DNA of 63,092 nucleotides from an uncultured Eubacterium sp. (GTDB lineage Bacteria; Bacillota; Clostridia; Lachnospirales; Lachnospiraceae), in NCBI GenBank assembly GCA_902475415.1, contig CABRZK010000001.1, forward strand, positions 1 through 63,092. Direction: 5' to 3'. This document shows positions 34,525 through 44,772 of the stretch, piece by piece. Numbering within the stretch: position 1 is the stretch's first letter; each line of letters opens with the position of its first letter. The notes beneath the pieces are model-generated. The model was not told the origin of the DNA. It did no database searches and saw only the letters and a list, made by a program, of their open reading frames with translations. A program made the translations under genes and the position numbers.

Positions 34525-36469
34525 ATGATTGTACAGAAGTATCCGCACCTAATGGCACCATTTTCTGTAAAAGGGGTTCATTTTAAGAACCATATTTTTT
34601 TAGCACCGTGTGCATTATCGCATGTAACATATGGTGCACCAAATGATCTTGGCATAGAATATATTGAAGAAAAAGCGAGGGGCGGTGGCTCAGATTACAC
34701 AGGGCAATATTACGGGACCTGGTGGTTATGGGGATAATGGTGGACATTTTAATCGCTATTTCACCAATTGCTTTACAGATATGGCATTTACGGAGCTTGC
34801 AACAGCGATAAAAGAGCATGGAGCCGTGGCATCGGCAGAAATTAATCATGCAGGATTTATGGCTGGATTGGAAGAAAATGCTAATACTCCGCCGATGAGC
34901 TCAATGGGATTTATACGCGAAGATGGTGTGGAAGTGGTTCAGATGACAGAACAGATGATTCTGGATACAGTGGAATATTTTGCAAATATTGCCAAATTTT
35001 TAAAGGGCTGTGGCTTTCAGATGTGTATGATTCATGCAGGGCATGAAATGTTACTTAATCAGTTTTTATCACCGCATTTTAATAAACGTACGGATAAATA
35101 TGGTGGAAGTCCGGAAAATCGCATTCGATTTCCAAAAATGATTTTACAGAGAATACGTGAAGTTTGTGGAGAAGATTTTCTAATTGAATTGCGTATTTCG
35201 GCGGTAGATTATTGTGAAGATGGAAAAGATATTGAGGAAAGTATTTATTTCGTAAAAGAGTGTGAAGATTTGATTGATTTTGTACATATTTCAGCAGGAT
35301 GTGGTCCGGAAACCGCGTATCTGACTCAAGAAGTTGCATTCCAACCGGAAGGCCTGAATATCAAGTGGGCGGAAGCTATGAAAAAAGCTGGAGTTAAACC
35401 AAAAGTTGTTGTGATGGGAGGGATTGCGAGCCCGGAAGTGGCTGAACGTTTTTTGGCAGAAGGAAAAGCTGATGTGGTGGCTATGGCACGTGCTATTATG
35501 GCTGATCCACAGCTACCAAATAAAATTCGAAGAAACCAGGAAGAAGATATCGTTCCATGTCTGAGATGCAATCATTGTTTAGGATCCAATAAAGTTGCAT
35601 TTTTTGAAGCAAAATGTATGGTTAACCCGCATATGGCACATGAACATCGTACACGCCACGTACCTTTAGCAGTGTGTTCTAGAAGAGTACTTGTAATTGG
35701 GGGTGGCGTGGCTGGAATGGAAGCAGCTATCACGGCAGCAGATCGCGGACATAAAGTTGTACTGATAGAAAAAAACGAGGAACTTGGCGGTGTAATTCGT
35801 TTTGCAGATCATGATTCCATTAAAGTTCAGCTGAGAAAATATCGTAAATATCTTATTCGACAGATAATGAAACGAAATATTGATGTACGTCTGAATACAC
35901 AAGCGACAGAAAACTTAATCGAGACTTTGCAACCCGATGCAATTCTTGTCGCAATAGGTGCCAAGCCGATAATTCCGCATATTTCAGGAATTGACGGAGA
36001 GAATGTTATGTATGCGACAGATGCATATTATCATTCTGAAAAATTAGGTAAAAAAATTGTTATTATTGGTGGGGGGCTTGTAGGATGTGAGGTTGGTGCA
36101 CATTTGGCAAATACTGGTCATGAAGTTGAAGTTATCGAGATGGGAAGTGAACTTGCACCAGAGGATAATCCATTTCATCATTGTGGTATGATGGCATATT
36201 GGTCTGAACGACCAATTCATGGAACAGTCAATACTACTGTGACAAAAATAACATCGCGTGGTGTTTATGGAGAGGATAAAGATGGCAAAGAGACATTTTT
36301 TGAAGCGGATACGGTTCTCTACTGTGTTGGAATGAAGGAAGATACTAGTGTGACAGAAGAGATGCAAAAATATTGTTATGATGTGGTTGCCATTGGTGAT
36401 TGTTTTAAGAGTGGTCGTATCGTAGATGCTGTTGGAATGGGATATCATGCAGCGATAGATCTCGCATAG
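34525..36469 (+). pseudogene. NADH:flavin oxidoreductase (Old Yellow Enzyme with Fe-S and FAD domains), frameshifted near 34675-34690
   Basis: YPHLMAPF..KNHIFLAP..EKARGG in one frame continues as VAQIT..NHAG, RTDKYGGSPENR, CLRCNHC, GGGVAG in another frame. Confidence 0.8.
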
Positions 36470-36561
36470 TTTAAAAATTCAATAAAAAAGTGACAGGGTT
36501 ATTGCACGATTTATTATTCGTTAAAGCAATAGCCCTGTCACTTTTGATGTTTATGAAAAAA

Positions 36562-37458
36562 TTATGTCAGATTTTCAGATTGAAACTGGCTGAGAATCTG
36601 TTCTGTTACAAATGGAAGAACTGGATTTGTATTTTTCTTATCCCAAACAAGACAGGTATAGTAAGTATCTTCAATATCCCGGATGGGAAGTGTTTTAAAA
36701 TCAAAATTACGCCCTTGGAGAGTTCCTTTTGGAAGAATTGAAATTCCCTTGTTGATGGCAATCTGAAAAAATAATTCATCTAGTCCGTTAGCCTGATAAA
36801 TTTTATGATAATCGTAATCAAGAAATTTTTGCAGTGGTTTAATGTCCGGGTTGATGTTTGCGCGTTTTGGTGGAAAAATAAGGCATTCATTTTTTAAATC
36901 CTCCAGACAGACGTTTTCATGGGTGGCTAAGGGGTGTTGTGCGTTTACAATGACGCAGAAATAATCTTTAAACAAGTAACGATATTCCATGTTCTGTTCA
37001 AGTTCATCTAGTTGATAAGAAAATACAATTCCGATATCAGCACGGTTATTTCGGATGGTCTGGAGAATCAGAAGTGGATCCTCTGAATTGAAAATAAAGT
37101 TAATTTCCGGGTGCAATTGTCCCAATTTCGTAATGGTAGAAAATAGTTTGGTTTCAAAAATAGCTGGAATTGCCCATGTAATGGTACCTGAAATCGAATT
37201 TTCAATGAGTTGAAGCTGTTGTTTGGTTGTATTCCAAATCTGAAGCAGATAAGTGCTCTGCTTTTGCAGATATTCGCCTGATGGTGTAAGGGTAAGGACA
37301 TTGTTTTTTCGTACAAAGAGATGTGTACCGAGTTCTTCTTCCAGAGCAGCAATACTTTTACTGATGGCAGAATGGCTGATAAATAGCTCTGTGGCAGCTT
37401 TGGATAAATTCATGTATTTGGCAGTAGTTAAAAAATAATCTAGTTGTTCAAATGTCAT
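36562..37458 (-). CDS. LysR-family transcriptional regulator
   Basis: NLSKAATELFISHSAISKSIAALEEELG HTH. Confidence 0.93.
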   Translation of the reverse strand: MTFEQLDYFLTTAKYMNLSKAATELFISHSAISKSIAALEEELGTHLFVRKNNVLTLTPSGEYLQKQSTYLLQIWNTTKQQLQLIENSISGTITWAIPAIFETKLFSTITKLGQLHPEINFIFNSEDPLLILQTIRNNRADIGIVFSYQLDELEQNMEYRYLFKDYFCVIVNAQHPLATHENVCLEDLKNECLIFPPKRANINPDIKPLQKFLDYDYHKIYQANGLDELFFQIAINKGISILPKGTLQGRNFDFKTLPIRDIEDTYYTCLVWDKKNTNPVLPFVTEQILSQFQSENLT

Positions 37459-37541
37459 AATAATGGTCCCCCATAAACAAGACGTGAAAAAATGTATAAT
37501 GGTTTCTGTACCTATTATAACAGTAATAGAAGGAAATACTG

Positions 37542-37608
37542 CATTGAATTTTTGGAACAGGGAGATGCGGTTTATTCAATGTACAGAGGTACGAATATCA
37601 AGTATGAT
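37542..37608 (+). promoter_or_regulatory. Putative LysR operator and promoter, copy 2
   Basis: CATTGAATTT..GGAACAG...TTTATTCAATGTACA, then 17 nt, then TATGAT; in the region divergent from the lysR gene. Confidence 0.6.
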
Positions 37609-37658
37609 AGTTATATAATCACACTGGAATGAAAAACACTGAAAAAGGAGATTTTATT

Positions 37659-38474
37659 ATGGAACAGGAAAGAAGAATAGAGTTACTTGAAAAAGAACTG
37701 GAAGCTCTAAAACTTCAGCTTGCGCGGACGCAGGCTGTGACAGAGATTGCCAATACCATGGCTCGCTATAATTATTATCATTCTGGTGGAAGACAGAGAG
37801 ACTGCTTGGATCAATTTGCAATGAGAACGCCTGGAGTAGCAATCGAAATTGCGATGTGGGGACAATATCATGAGGCAGAGGGGCTTTATGAAAATTATGT
37901 AGAAGGAATTGCAAAACATGAACAGTCTATCGGAGCAAGAAAAGGGTGGTACTGTGAGCATCCAATTTATAATCCTTTAATTGAGGTTGCAGCAGATTGC
38001 AAGACAGCAAAAGCAGAATGGCAAACTTTTGGACCGGAGACAGCGAAAGAACATCCGGAAGATCCTGACTGTCCATTTGATCCTAATTGGATGTATGGAA
38101 AATATCAGGCAGATTTTATTGTTGAAAATGGTCACTGGAAAATTTGGCATCTGCAGATTATGCCGGATATTATGTGTCCAACGTGTAAACCGTTTACAGA
38201 GCAAAGACCACACGATGATTTTGTACCGACGGATATGCCTGGATTTGCGGATCGTCAGAAATCTTTTTGTGAAGAATATGATGTAAATAAAGTTCGCAAA
38301 TTTTGGCCACAGCCGCCGGAGCCGTATGAGACATTTGAGGGATCAAGAAAACATGCATTGCATAAACCAACAGCGGAAGATAAAATCGAGTATACATTTG
38401 AACAGAACGATTTTACGCTAGATGAATATTTTGCATATTTGGAAGAAAAGGATCCGTGGAAAGAGGACAATTAA
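37659..38474 (+). CDS. SnoaL-like / NTF2-family protein
   Basis: AVTEIANTMARY, HPIYNPLIEVAADCKTAKAEW, YQADFIVENGHWKIWHL. Confidence 0.8.
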   Translation: MEQERRIELLEKELEALKLQLARTQAVTEIANTMARYNYYHSGGRQRDCLDQFAMRTPGVAIEIAMWGQYHEAEGLYENYVEGIAKHEQSIGARKGWYCEHPIYNPLIEVAADCKTAKAEWQTFGPETAKEHPEDPDCPFDPNWMYGKYQADFIVENGHWKIWHLQIMPDIMCPTCKPFTEQRPHDDFVPTDMPGFADRQKSFCEEYDVNKVRKFWPQPPEPYETFEGSRKHALHKPTAEDKIEYTFEQNDFTLDEYFAYLEEKDPWKEDN

Positions 38475-38509
38475 ATTCGCAGAGATACCTTATACGAGGA
38501 GGGTTAGGT

Positions 38510-39796
38510 ATGAAAAAATTTAATTATGGTGTAAAGGGTTGGGGAATTGTAATATTTTGCTTTTTTCTGTTTTGGGTAGGTTCAGGATGCCCGGTAACTT
38601 CTTTGAATGTTATTATGTCGGAATATAACGCTATGTATGGATGGGATATTGCGGTATTGAATGGATTTGGAACAATGGCAAACATTTTATCAATTGTTGC
38701 AGCAGCTGTATTTGGCTGGTGGTGTAAAAAACGTGGACCGAAATCGTTAATACTTGCAGGATGTATTATGGGGGCAGTATCAATGTTTATGTGGGGGCGC
38801 GTCACATCAATCCTTACATATGCACTGTGGTATACTATTTGTGTTATCGCGTCCAGCGCATATTGTCAAATTGGTCTTGCATCCCTGATTGCGAATTGGT
38901 TTCCGACCCGAAAGGGTTCGGTTATGGGATTTGTAACTGTAGGTGCGTGTATGGTTGGATTAACCTATATTAAAAGTCAAACATTTATGATTGAACATTT
39001 TAGCTTTGCAGCATCATTTGATTTGTATGCGATTGCCTTTACAATTCTGGCAGTAGTTTGTGCGTTTCTGGTCAAAAGCGATCCGGAGCAGTGCGGGGCA
39101 TATCCAGATAACGATCGTACTTTAACAAAAGAAAAACTGGAGGCAATGCATGCGGAAGGTATGAAATATCGTCAAACCAGTCCGTGGACAGTTAAAAAAT
39201 TATTAAAAACAAAAGAAACATGGTTTGTTGGAATTGGTGGCGGAGTTCTGGTTATGTTTACTGTTGGAATTATGAGTAATTTTATTCCAATGTGTGCATC
39301 TGCAGGAATTGAGATAAATCAGGCAATTTTCTTGATGGGAATAACCTCTTTTATAGCGATGCCAGCATCTGTTATCTGGGGGATTATTGATGAAAAAATC
39401 GGAACACGGCTGACAACGATTGCAATGTTTATTTATTTCATTGTATCAGTAGGTATCGCATTAGTGCCAAACATTATTACGATGTATATTGCGCTTGTAA
39501 TGTTTGCTTCTATTATTGGTGGTGCAAATAATCTTGCTATTTCCATGACCGCATCTGTATGGGGAAGATATGATTTTGATTCTGCATGGACAGTTATATT
39601 TATTTTAAATACCATTGTAAGATCCTTTGGATTTATGTTGGTTGGAAGTCTTGCAAGTGTAACTGGTAGCTTCAAGGCGACATTTATAGGATTGATTATC
39701 TGTTCTGCAATTGGAGCGGTATTATTTGCACTGTGTTCAAATAAACCACTTGGAAGAACAGAATTATATAATGGATCAGAACGTATTGTGGAGTAA
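38510..39796 (+). CDS. MFS transporter
   Basis: About 12 TM helices; NWFPTRKG; GAGGAGG RBS. Confidence 0.88.
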   Translation: MKKFNYGVKGWGIVIFCFFLFWVGSGCPVTSLNVIMSEYNAMYGWDIAVLNGFGTMANILSIVAAAVFGWWCKKRGPKSLILAGCIMGAVSMFMWGRVTSILTYALWYTICVIASSAYCQIGLASLIANWFPTRKGSVMGFVTVGACMVGLTYIKSQTFMIEHFSFAASFDLYAIAFTILAVVCAFLVKSDPEQCGAYPDNDRTLTKEKLEAMHAEGMKYRQTSPWTVKKLLKTKETWFVGIGGGVLVMFTVGIMSNFIPMCASAGIEINQAIFLMGITSFIAMPASVIWGIIDEKIGTRLTTIAMFIYFIVSVGIALVPNIITMYIALVMFASIIGGANNLAISMTASVWGRYDFDSAWTVIFILNTIVRSFGFMLVGSLASVTGSFKATFIGLIICSAIGAVLFALCSNKPLGRTELYNGSERIVE

Positions 39797-39799
39797 AGA

Positions 39800-40996
39800 A
39801 TGAGTAGTTATCAACAAACAAAAATAAGTAGGTCAGAGACATTAGCGACAATGGCAATGTTGAGTCTTACTCTAATGGGATTAGGTTCCAATGCGATTAC
39901 ACCGGCACTGGCTACATTAGCTACACATTTCCCGAATCGGGATGTTTCGTTTATACAGACGGTTGCTACTTTGAGTATGATGGCAGGGTCATTGATCGCC
40001 GGAGCGATGATGGGAAAAAAAATCAGGACAAAGACACTGGCAATACTGGGAAGTTCCTTATGTCTGGTTTTTGGTGTTCTGCCTGTTTGGTTGAATAGTT
40101 ATGCATTGATTCTTTTGGTACGGCTTGTGTTTGGTTTTGCGATGGGATTGATTGCTCCGCTTGGAAATGCATTGATTATGATGCATTTTCAGGGAAATAA
40201 GCGTGCAATGTTGATTGGCGTCGGAACTTTTACAATGAATATTGGTGGAATTGCATTTCAGATGCTTTCTGGTGTGTTGGCTGATATTTCATGGAATTTG
40301 GCTTTTGGGGGACATATATTCTTTGTAATTGCAGTGATTATGTCATTTTTTCTGCCGGATGAAGAATTGAAAGCAGTCAGAAATACAAGTAAAAAAATAA
40401 GGATAGAGAAATTAAATGCACGAATAGTATTACTGATTGGAATGCTGATGCTGGTTTTTCAGGCGTGCAATTTGAGCGTTATGATGAGTGCATCCACATT
40501 ATATGAAGTCAGACATGCAGGTGGAGCAACCGCTGCAGCAGTGGCACTTACTGCATTTTCTATAACAGGAATGTTTGCGGGATTGCTGTTTGGTATATTG
40601 TTTAAATATATAAAACGTGCAATGTTTTTATTGGCGTTCGGATGCGTGGCACTTGGTGCAGGGATTATTTTGGTGGGACAGACTGCAGTTATTATGGGAA
40701 TAGGATATGGATTGATAGGAATAGGATTTAACTGGCAGTTTGCAGCGTTTACCGAATGGGTTGGAATAGCGACCCCATCATCAACTATTGGAACGGGTAC
40801 ATCAATTATTTTAGCTTTTATGAATTTGGGTGGATTTTTAAGTTCCTTCTGGATGATTTTGATGGGATATAATTTGACCAAAATATTATTAGCAGATATA
40901 ATTTTGTGCAGTGTGCTTGCAATAGGGTTGTTTTTGGTCAATCCATTTAATAGTAATTCAAAACAATCTAACATAAATGGTACGCAGAAAAGGTAA
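39800..40996 (+). CDS. MFS transporter
   Basis: About 12 TM helices; ITPALA, RLVFGFAMG. Confidence 0.88.
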   Translation: MSSYQQTKISRSETLATMAMLSLTLMGLGSNAITPALATLATHFPNRDVSFIQTVATLSMMAGSLIAGAMMGKKIRTKTLAILGSSLCLVFGVLPVWLNSYALILLVRLVFGFAMGLIAPLGNALIMMHFQGNKRAMLIGVGTFTMNIGGIAFQMLSGVLADISWNLAFGGHIFFVIAVIMSFFLPDEELKAVRNTSKKIRIEKLNARIVLLIGMLMLVFQACNLSVMMSASTLYEVRHAGGATAAAVALTAFSITGMFAGLLFGILFKYIKRAMFLLAFGCVALGAGIILVGQTAVIMGIGYGLIGIGFNWQFAAFTEWVGIATPSSTIGTGTSIILAFMNLGGFLSSFWMILMGYNLTKILLADIILCSVLAIGLFLVNPFNSNSKQSNINGTQKR

Positions 40997-41048
40997 TGTA
41001 ATTTTTGAGTTCGTGTGCAACAGCACAAAAAAATTGTGCACAGGGAAA

Positions 41049-41077
41049 TTGAAATCGTTTTAGTAAATGCGTATAAT
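41049..41077 (+). promoter_or_regulatory. sigma-A promoter of the ABC/pyrimidine operon
   Basis: TTGAAA-N17-TATAAT. Confidence 0.65.
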
Positions 41078-41116
41078 CAACCGTAAATTAAAGAACACCT
41101 TTTCACAGGAAACTTT

Positions 41117-41163
41117 AGAGCGGCAAAGAAGTCATGAAAGAAACTTCTTTGCCGCTCTTTTTT
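41117..41163 (+). terminator. Leader terminator (attenuator) downstream of the promoter
   Basis: AGAGCGGCAAAGAAGT...ACTTCTTTGCCGCTCT followed by a T tract. Confidence 0.75.
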
Positions 41164-41279
41164 GTCTCATAGAAAATTTAAAAATTTCCTGTCAGACAAA
41201 TGTATAACGTGAAAACGATTGAGAAAGAAGAATCACACACTTTCCGAATGAAAATAATTAGAAGCCGGAGGTAAAACCT

Positions 41280-42086
41280 ATGCAGGAAATGAAAAGTAAA
41301 GCGTTAATGAATGATGATATTCAGATCAGGATTAATTATGTCGGCATGACCTTTAAGGACAATCAGGGCAATGATGTACAGGCGTTGAAGGATGTGAACC
41401 TTGATATTAAAAAAGGCGAATTTATTTCCCTGCTTGGTCCGTCTGGATGTGGAAAAACCACATTACTTCGTATCATTGCAGATCTGCAGGAGCCGACCAC
41501 AGGTACTGTCAGAATCAATGGTATGACACCGCGGGAGGTAAGGCTGCAGCAGAAATTCGGAATTGTCTTTCAGAGCCCGGTCTTGCTGGGCTGGAGAACC
41601 GTTCGAAAAAATATTGAACTACCGTTGGAAATCATGGATTACGATCCGAAAAAGCTTCCGGCGAGATCGCAGGAAATGCTGGATCTGGTTGGACTTTCCG
41701 ATTTCGCGGATCATTATCCGAAACAGTTATCCGGCGGTATGCAGCAGAGAGTCGGAATTGCAAGAGCACTTGGTATGGAACCGGAACTTCTGCTGATGGA
41801 TGAACCATTCTCAGCACTGGATGAATTTACAAAAGAAAAGTTACACATGGATCTGCTGGATATCTGGTCCAAGACAAATAAAACAATCATTTTTGTCACA
41901 CATAACATTCAGGAAGCGGTTCTTTTGTCTGACCGGATCTGCGTATTATCCCCGTATCCGGGACGGTTATCCGCAGTCATTGATGTGGATATCGACCGAC
42001 CGAGACGACTGGAAGACCGGGATACGATGCATTTTGCAGAACTTGTATCCAAAGTAAGAAACAGCTTCGAGGGAGGCAGTCTATGA
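41280..42086 (+). CDS. ABC transporter ATP-binding protein (NitT/TauT type)
   Basis: GPSGCGKT, LSGGMQQR, LMDEPFSALD. Confidence 0.93.
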   Translation: MQEMKSKALMNDDIQIRINYVGMTFKDNQGNDVQALKDVNLDIKKGEFISLLGPSGCGKTTLLRIIADLQEPTTGTVRINGMTPREVRLQQKFGIVFQSPVLLGWRTVRKNIELPLEIMDYDPKKLPARSQEMLDLVGLSDFADHYPKQLSGGMQQRVGIARALGMEPELLLMDEPFSALDEFTKEKLHMDLLDIWSKTNKTIIFVTHNIQEAVLLSDRICVLSPYPGRLSAVIDVDIDRPRRLEDRDTMHFAELVSKVRNSFEGGSL

Positions 42087-42132
42087 GAATAAAAGTTTAT
42101 TCGAAATCATTTCATTTCGAGGGAGGCAGCCT

Positions 42133-43047
42133 ATGAAAACAAAAGCATATGCAAAGGCAATAAATAAGAAAGCCGGCGCAACTGCCGGAAAGAAGCCTGC
42201 AAAAATGAAAAACCATCCAAATATTACAGATAAAAAATGGATGCCGACACTGGTATGGATCCTCTGTATCGTAGCCATAGGGGAGATCATGGCCTGTGTT
42301 GTAACCACAATAAAGCGGACACCGGAAAATATACTTCCGCATATTTACCAGATCCTGTATTCCTTAATCTCAACAAAAAAGGTAACTGGTACACAGACCG
42401 CTCTTCAGGTTGTGGCACTTGCATCCGTACAGACACTGCTTCGGGCAGCCGTCGGATTTCTCATTGGTATGGTAGCCGGATTCGGGCTGGCACTTCTGAT
42501 GAAACTTTCCGGAATCGTGGAAAAAATCGCATTTCCATATCTGATGCTGATTCAGTTGATTCCGATTCTTGGTATGGCACCGATTATCCTTTCTCTGACC
42601 GGAAGTATCGGAGTCAGCCGAATCGTAATCGCAGCAATCCTTACTTTTTATCCGGTGGCAGCCAATACACTGGCAGGTCTGAAATCGGTACAGCAGGAAA
42701 AATATGAATTGATGTATTCCTATGCGGCAAACCGCAGAACAATTTACAAAAAAGTGCTGATTCTATCCTGTATCCCGTATTTTTTCACCGGATTGAAAAT
42801 TGCAGCACCGATGGCAATCACCGCATCCATTCTGGTAGATACCTTTCAGGGTGATGGCGGACTGGGCTGTATGTTATCTCAGTCCTTAAAACATGCGATG
42901 TCGATTTACGTATTCTGGGATATTGTTCTGGTGAGCGCCGCAGGAAATGTAGAAAATCATTCGTGCCTGCGTGTGAAACGGAGTCGGACAGCCTGTCCCA
43001 CACTTCACAACCCCAAAAATGAAAGAAAGGAGACCAGCCATGTTTAA
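42133..43047 (+). pseudogene. ABC permease (NitT/TauT type), C-terminus replaced after about 42945
   Basis: Typical permease up to GGLGCML...FWDIVLVSA, then an unrelated hydrophilic tail; no binding-protein gene follows. Confidence 0.65.
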
Positions 43048-43673
43048 TCGGGAATTATTTTTGAAAACCCAGACGAGCCGTTGCCTGTTATGTGAAAATG
43101 CTCCTTGCAGCCATGCCTGCACTTCATATCTTCCAGTCAGTGATATCATCCGCTCCTTTCGGTTTGAAAATCATATGGGAGCGGCAGAAAAAGTCGGAGA
43201 CATCTCCTGTATGGACTGCAGCAATCCGGTGTGTATGACAGCCTGTCGGCGAAGCAAATTAGACAGTGCCGTGGAAATCCCGGAAGTCATCGAGCAGATC
43301 CGCAGGATTGGCGCAGCTGTAAAACCGGAGGTAGATCTGACCACGAGTATTTGCGGTGTGAAATGTGAAAACCCGTTTTTACTTTCCTCTTCCGTCGTCG
43401 GAAGTAATTATGAAATGGTGGCAAAAGCCTTTGATATGGGCTGGGGCTGAGTGGCATTCAAGACCATCGGGCTGTTTGTCCCGGAGGAAGTATCCCCGCG
43501 CTTTGCGGATATGCGAAAAGAAAATACTCCCTATGTGGGATTTAAAAATATTGAGCAGACATCCGGTTTTAAACGGAAAGAAATGTGTGGGCTGCCATCT
43601 GTGCCTGACAATCTGTCCGGCAGGGGCAATCACACCTGGCAAAACATTTGCAAAAAGCAGGAAGCCGGTTTGA
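43040..43673 (+). pseudogene. Dihydropyrimidine dehydrogenase (PreA/PydA-like) remnant
   Basis: [26 protein letters not shown] with TGA at 43448; GFKNIEQ joined out of frame to the C-terminal CVGCHLCLTICP. Confidence 0.8.
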
Positions 43674-44664
43674 ACAGAAACTGAATCATTTTAGTGAAGA
43701 GAGAATGCAGGATAAGATCAGCACAATGAGCAAATTTGGTGATGCAGGTCACGGTGGAATCACAAGATATTCCCTTTCTCCGGAAGCATTGCAGGCCAGA
43801 GGAGAGTTTATCCGCCGGATGGAGGCAATCGGAGCAGAGATCAAGACCGATGATGTAGCCTGTGTATATGCAACACTGAAAGGTTCGGATCCGTCTCTGA
43901 AAAATATTGTCATGGCATCCCATTGTGATTCTGTAAAAAACGGTGGTAATTATGATGGAATTCTTGGCGTTATGGGCGCCATGGAAGTACTGGAGACGAT
44001 TGCAGCAGAAAACATTCCGCACAAGCATGACATTACAGCCATGATCTGGACAAATGAGGAAGGTTCCTTATATCCACCTGCCATGATGGCATCCGGAATC
44101 ATCTGTAAGAAATATCTGCCGGAAGATATTGCAAAAAACTTTCAATTTGAAGATATGATGGCGTCCAAATCCGTACTGGATCCGACAAAGACCTTTGAGA
44201 TGGCACTGAATGCTTCCGGATATAAAGGTGATATCAAAAATCGTCTGAACCCGGAGGAGTACAAGGCCATGTTTGAACTTCACATTGAGCAGGGACCGAT
44301 TCTGGAGGCAGCCGGAAATGATATCGGTGTTGTTACCTGTGTGCTTGGTATGGTAAACTACCGTATCCGCACTTACGGTCAGGCAGATCACGCCGGAACT
44401 ACACCGATGAAATACAGAAAAGATGCATTGTTTGCAGCCGCAAAAGTACTTGAATATCTGCATGAGGAACTGGATAAACTGGATCCGGAACTTGTATACA
44501 CAACCGGTGAACTTGTATGCCATCCGAATGTACATACCGTTATCCCGGATTATGTAGATTTTTCCCTGGATGCACGACATGAAGATCCGAAGGTGATTGC
44601 CCAGGTCGTTGACATTATTGAAAAATCAGATCCGGGATTTATTATGAAAAGGTATCACATATAA
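43648..44664 (+). pseudogene. Zn-dependent N-carbamoyl hydrolase (beta-ureidopropionase, M20 family), C-terminally truncated
   Basis: SHCDSV..GGNYDG, NEEG, ELHIEQGP, DHAGTTPM, NVHTVIP; stops before the usual C-terminal metal-binding segment. Confidence 0.75.
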
Positions 44665-44772
44665 CTTGTCTGTTTTCACAAGTGTACAAGACCAAAAGCC
44701 TCGGCTTAGCCCGCTACGCCTATATTTTTGAAATTGCACACTTGTAAAAAAATCCTGCGTTCTATATGGCAC

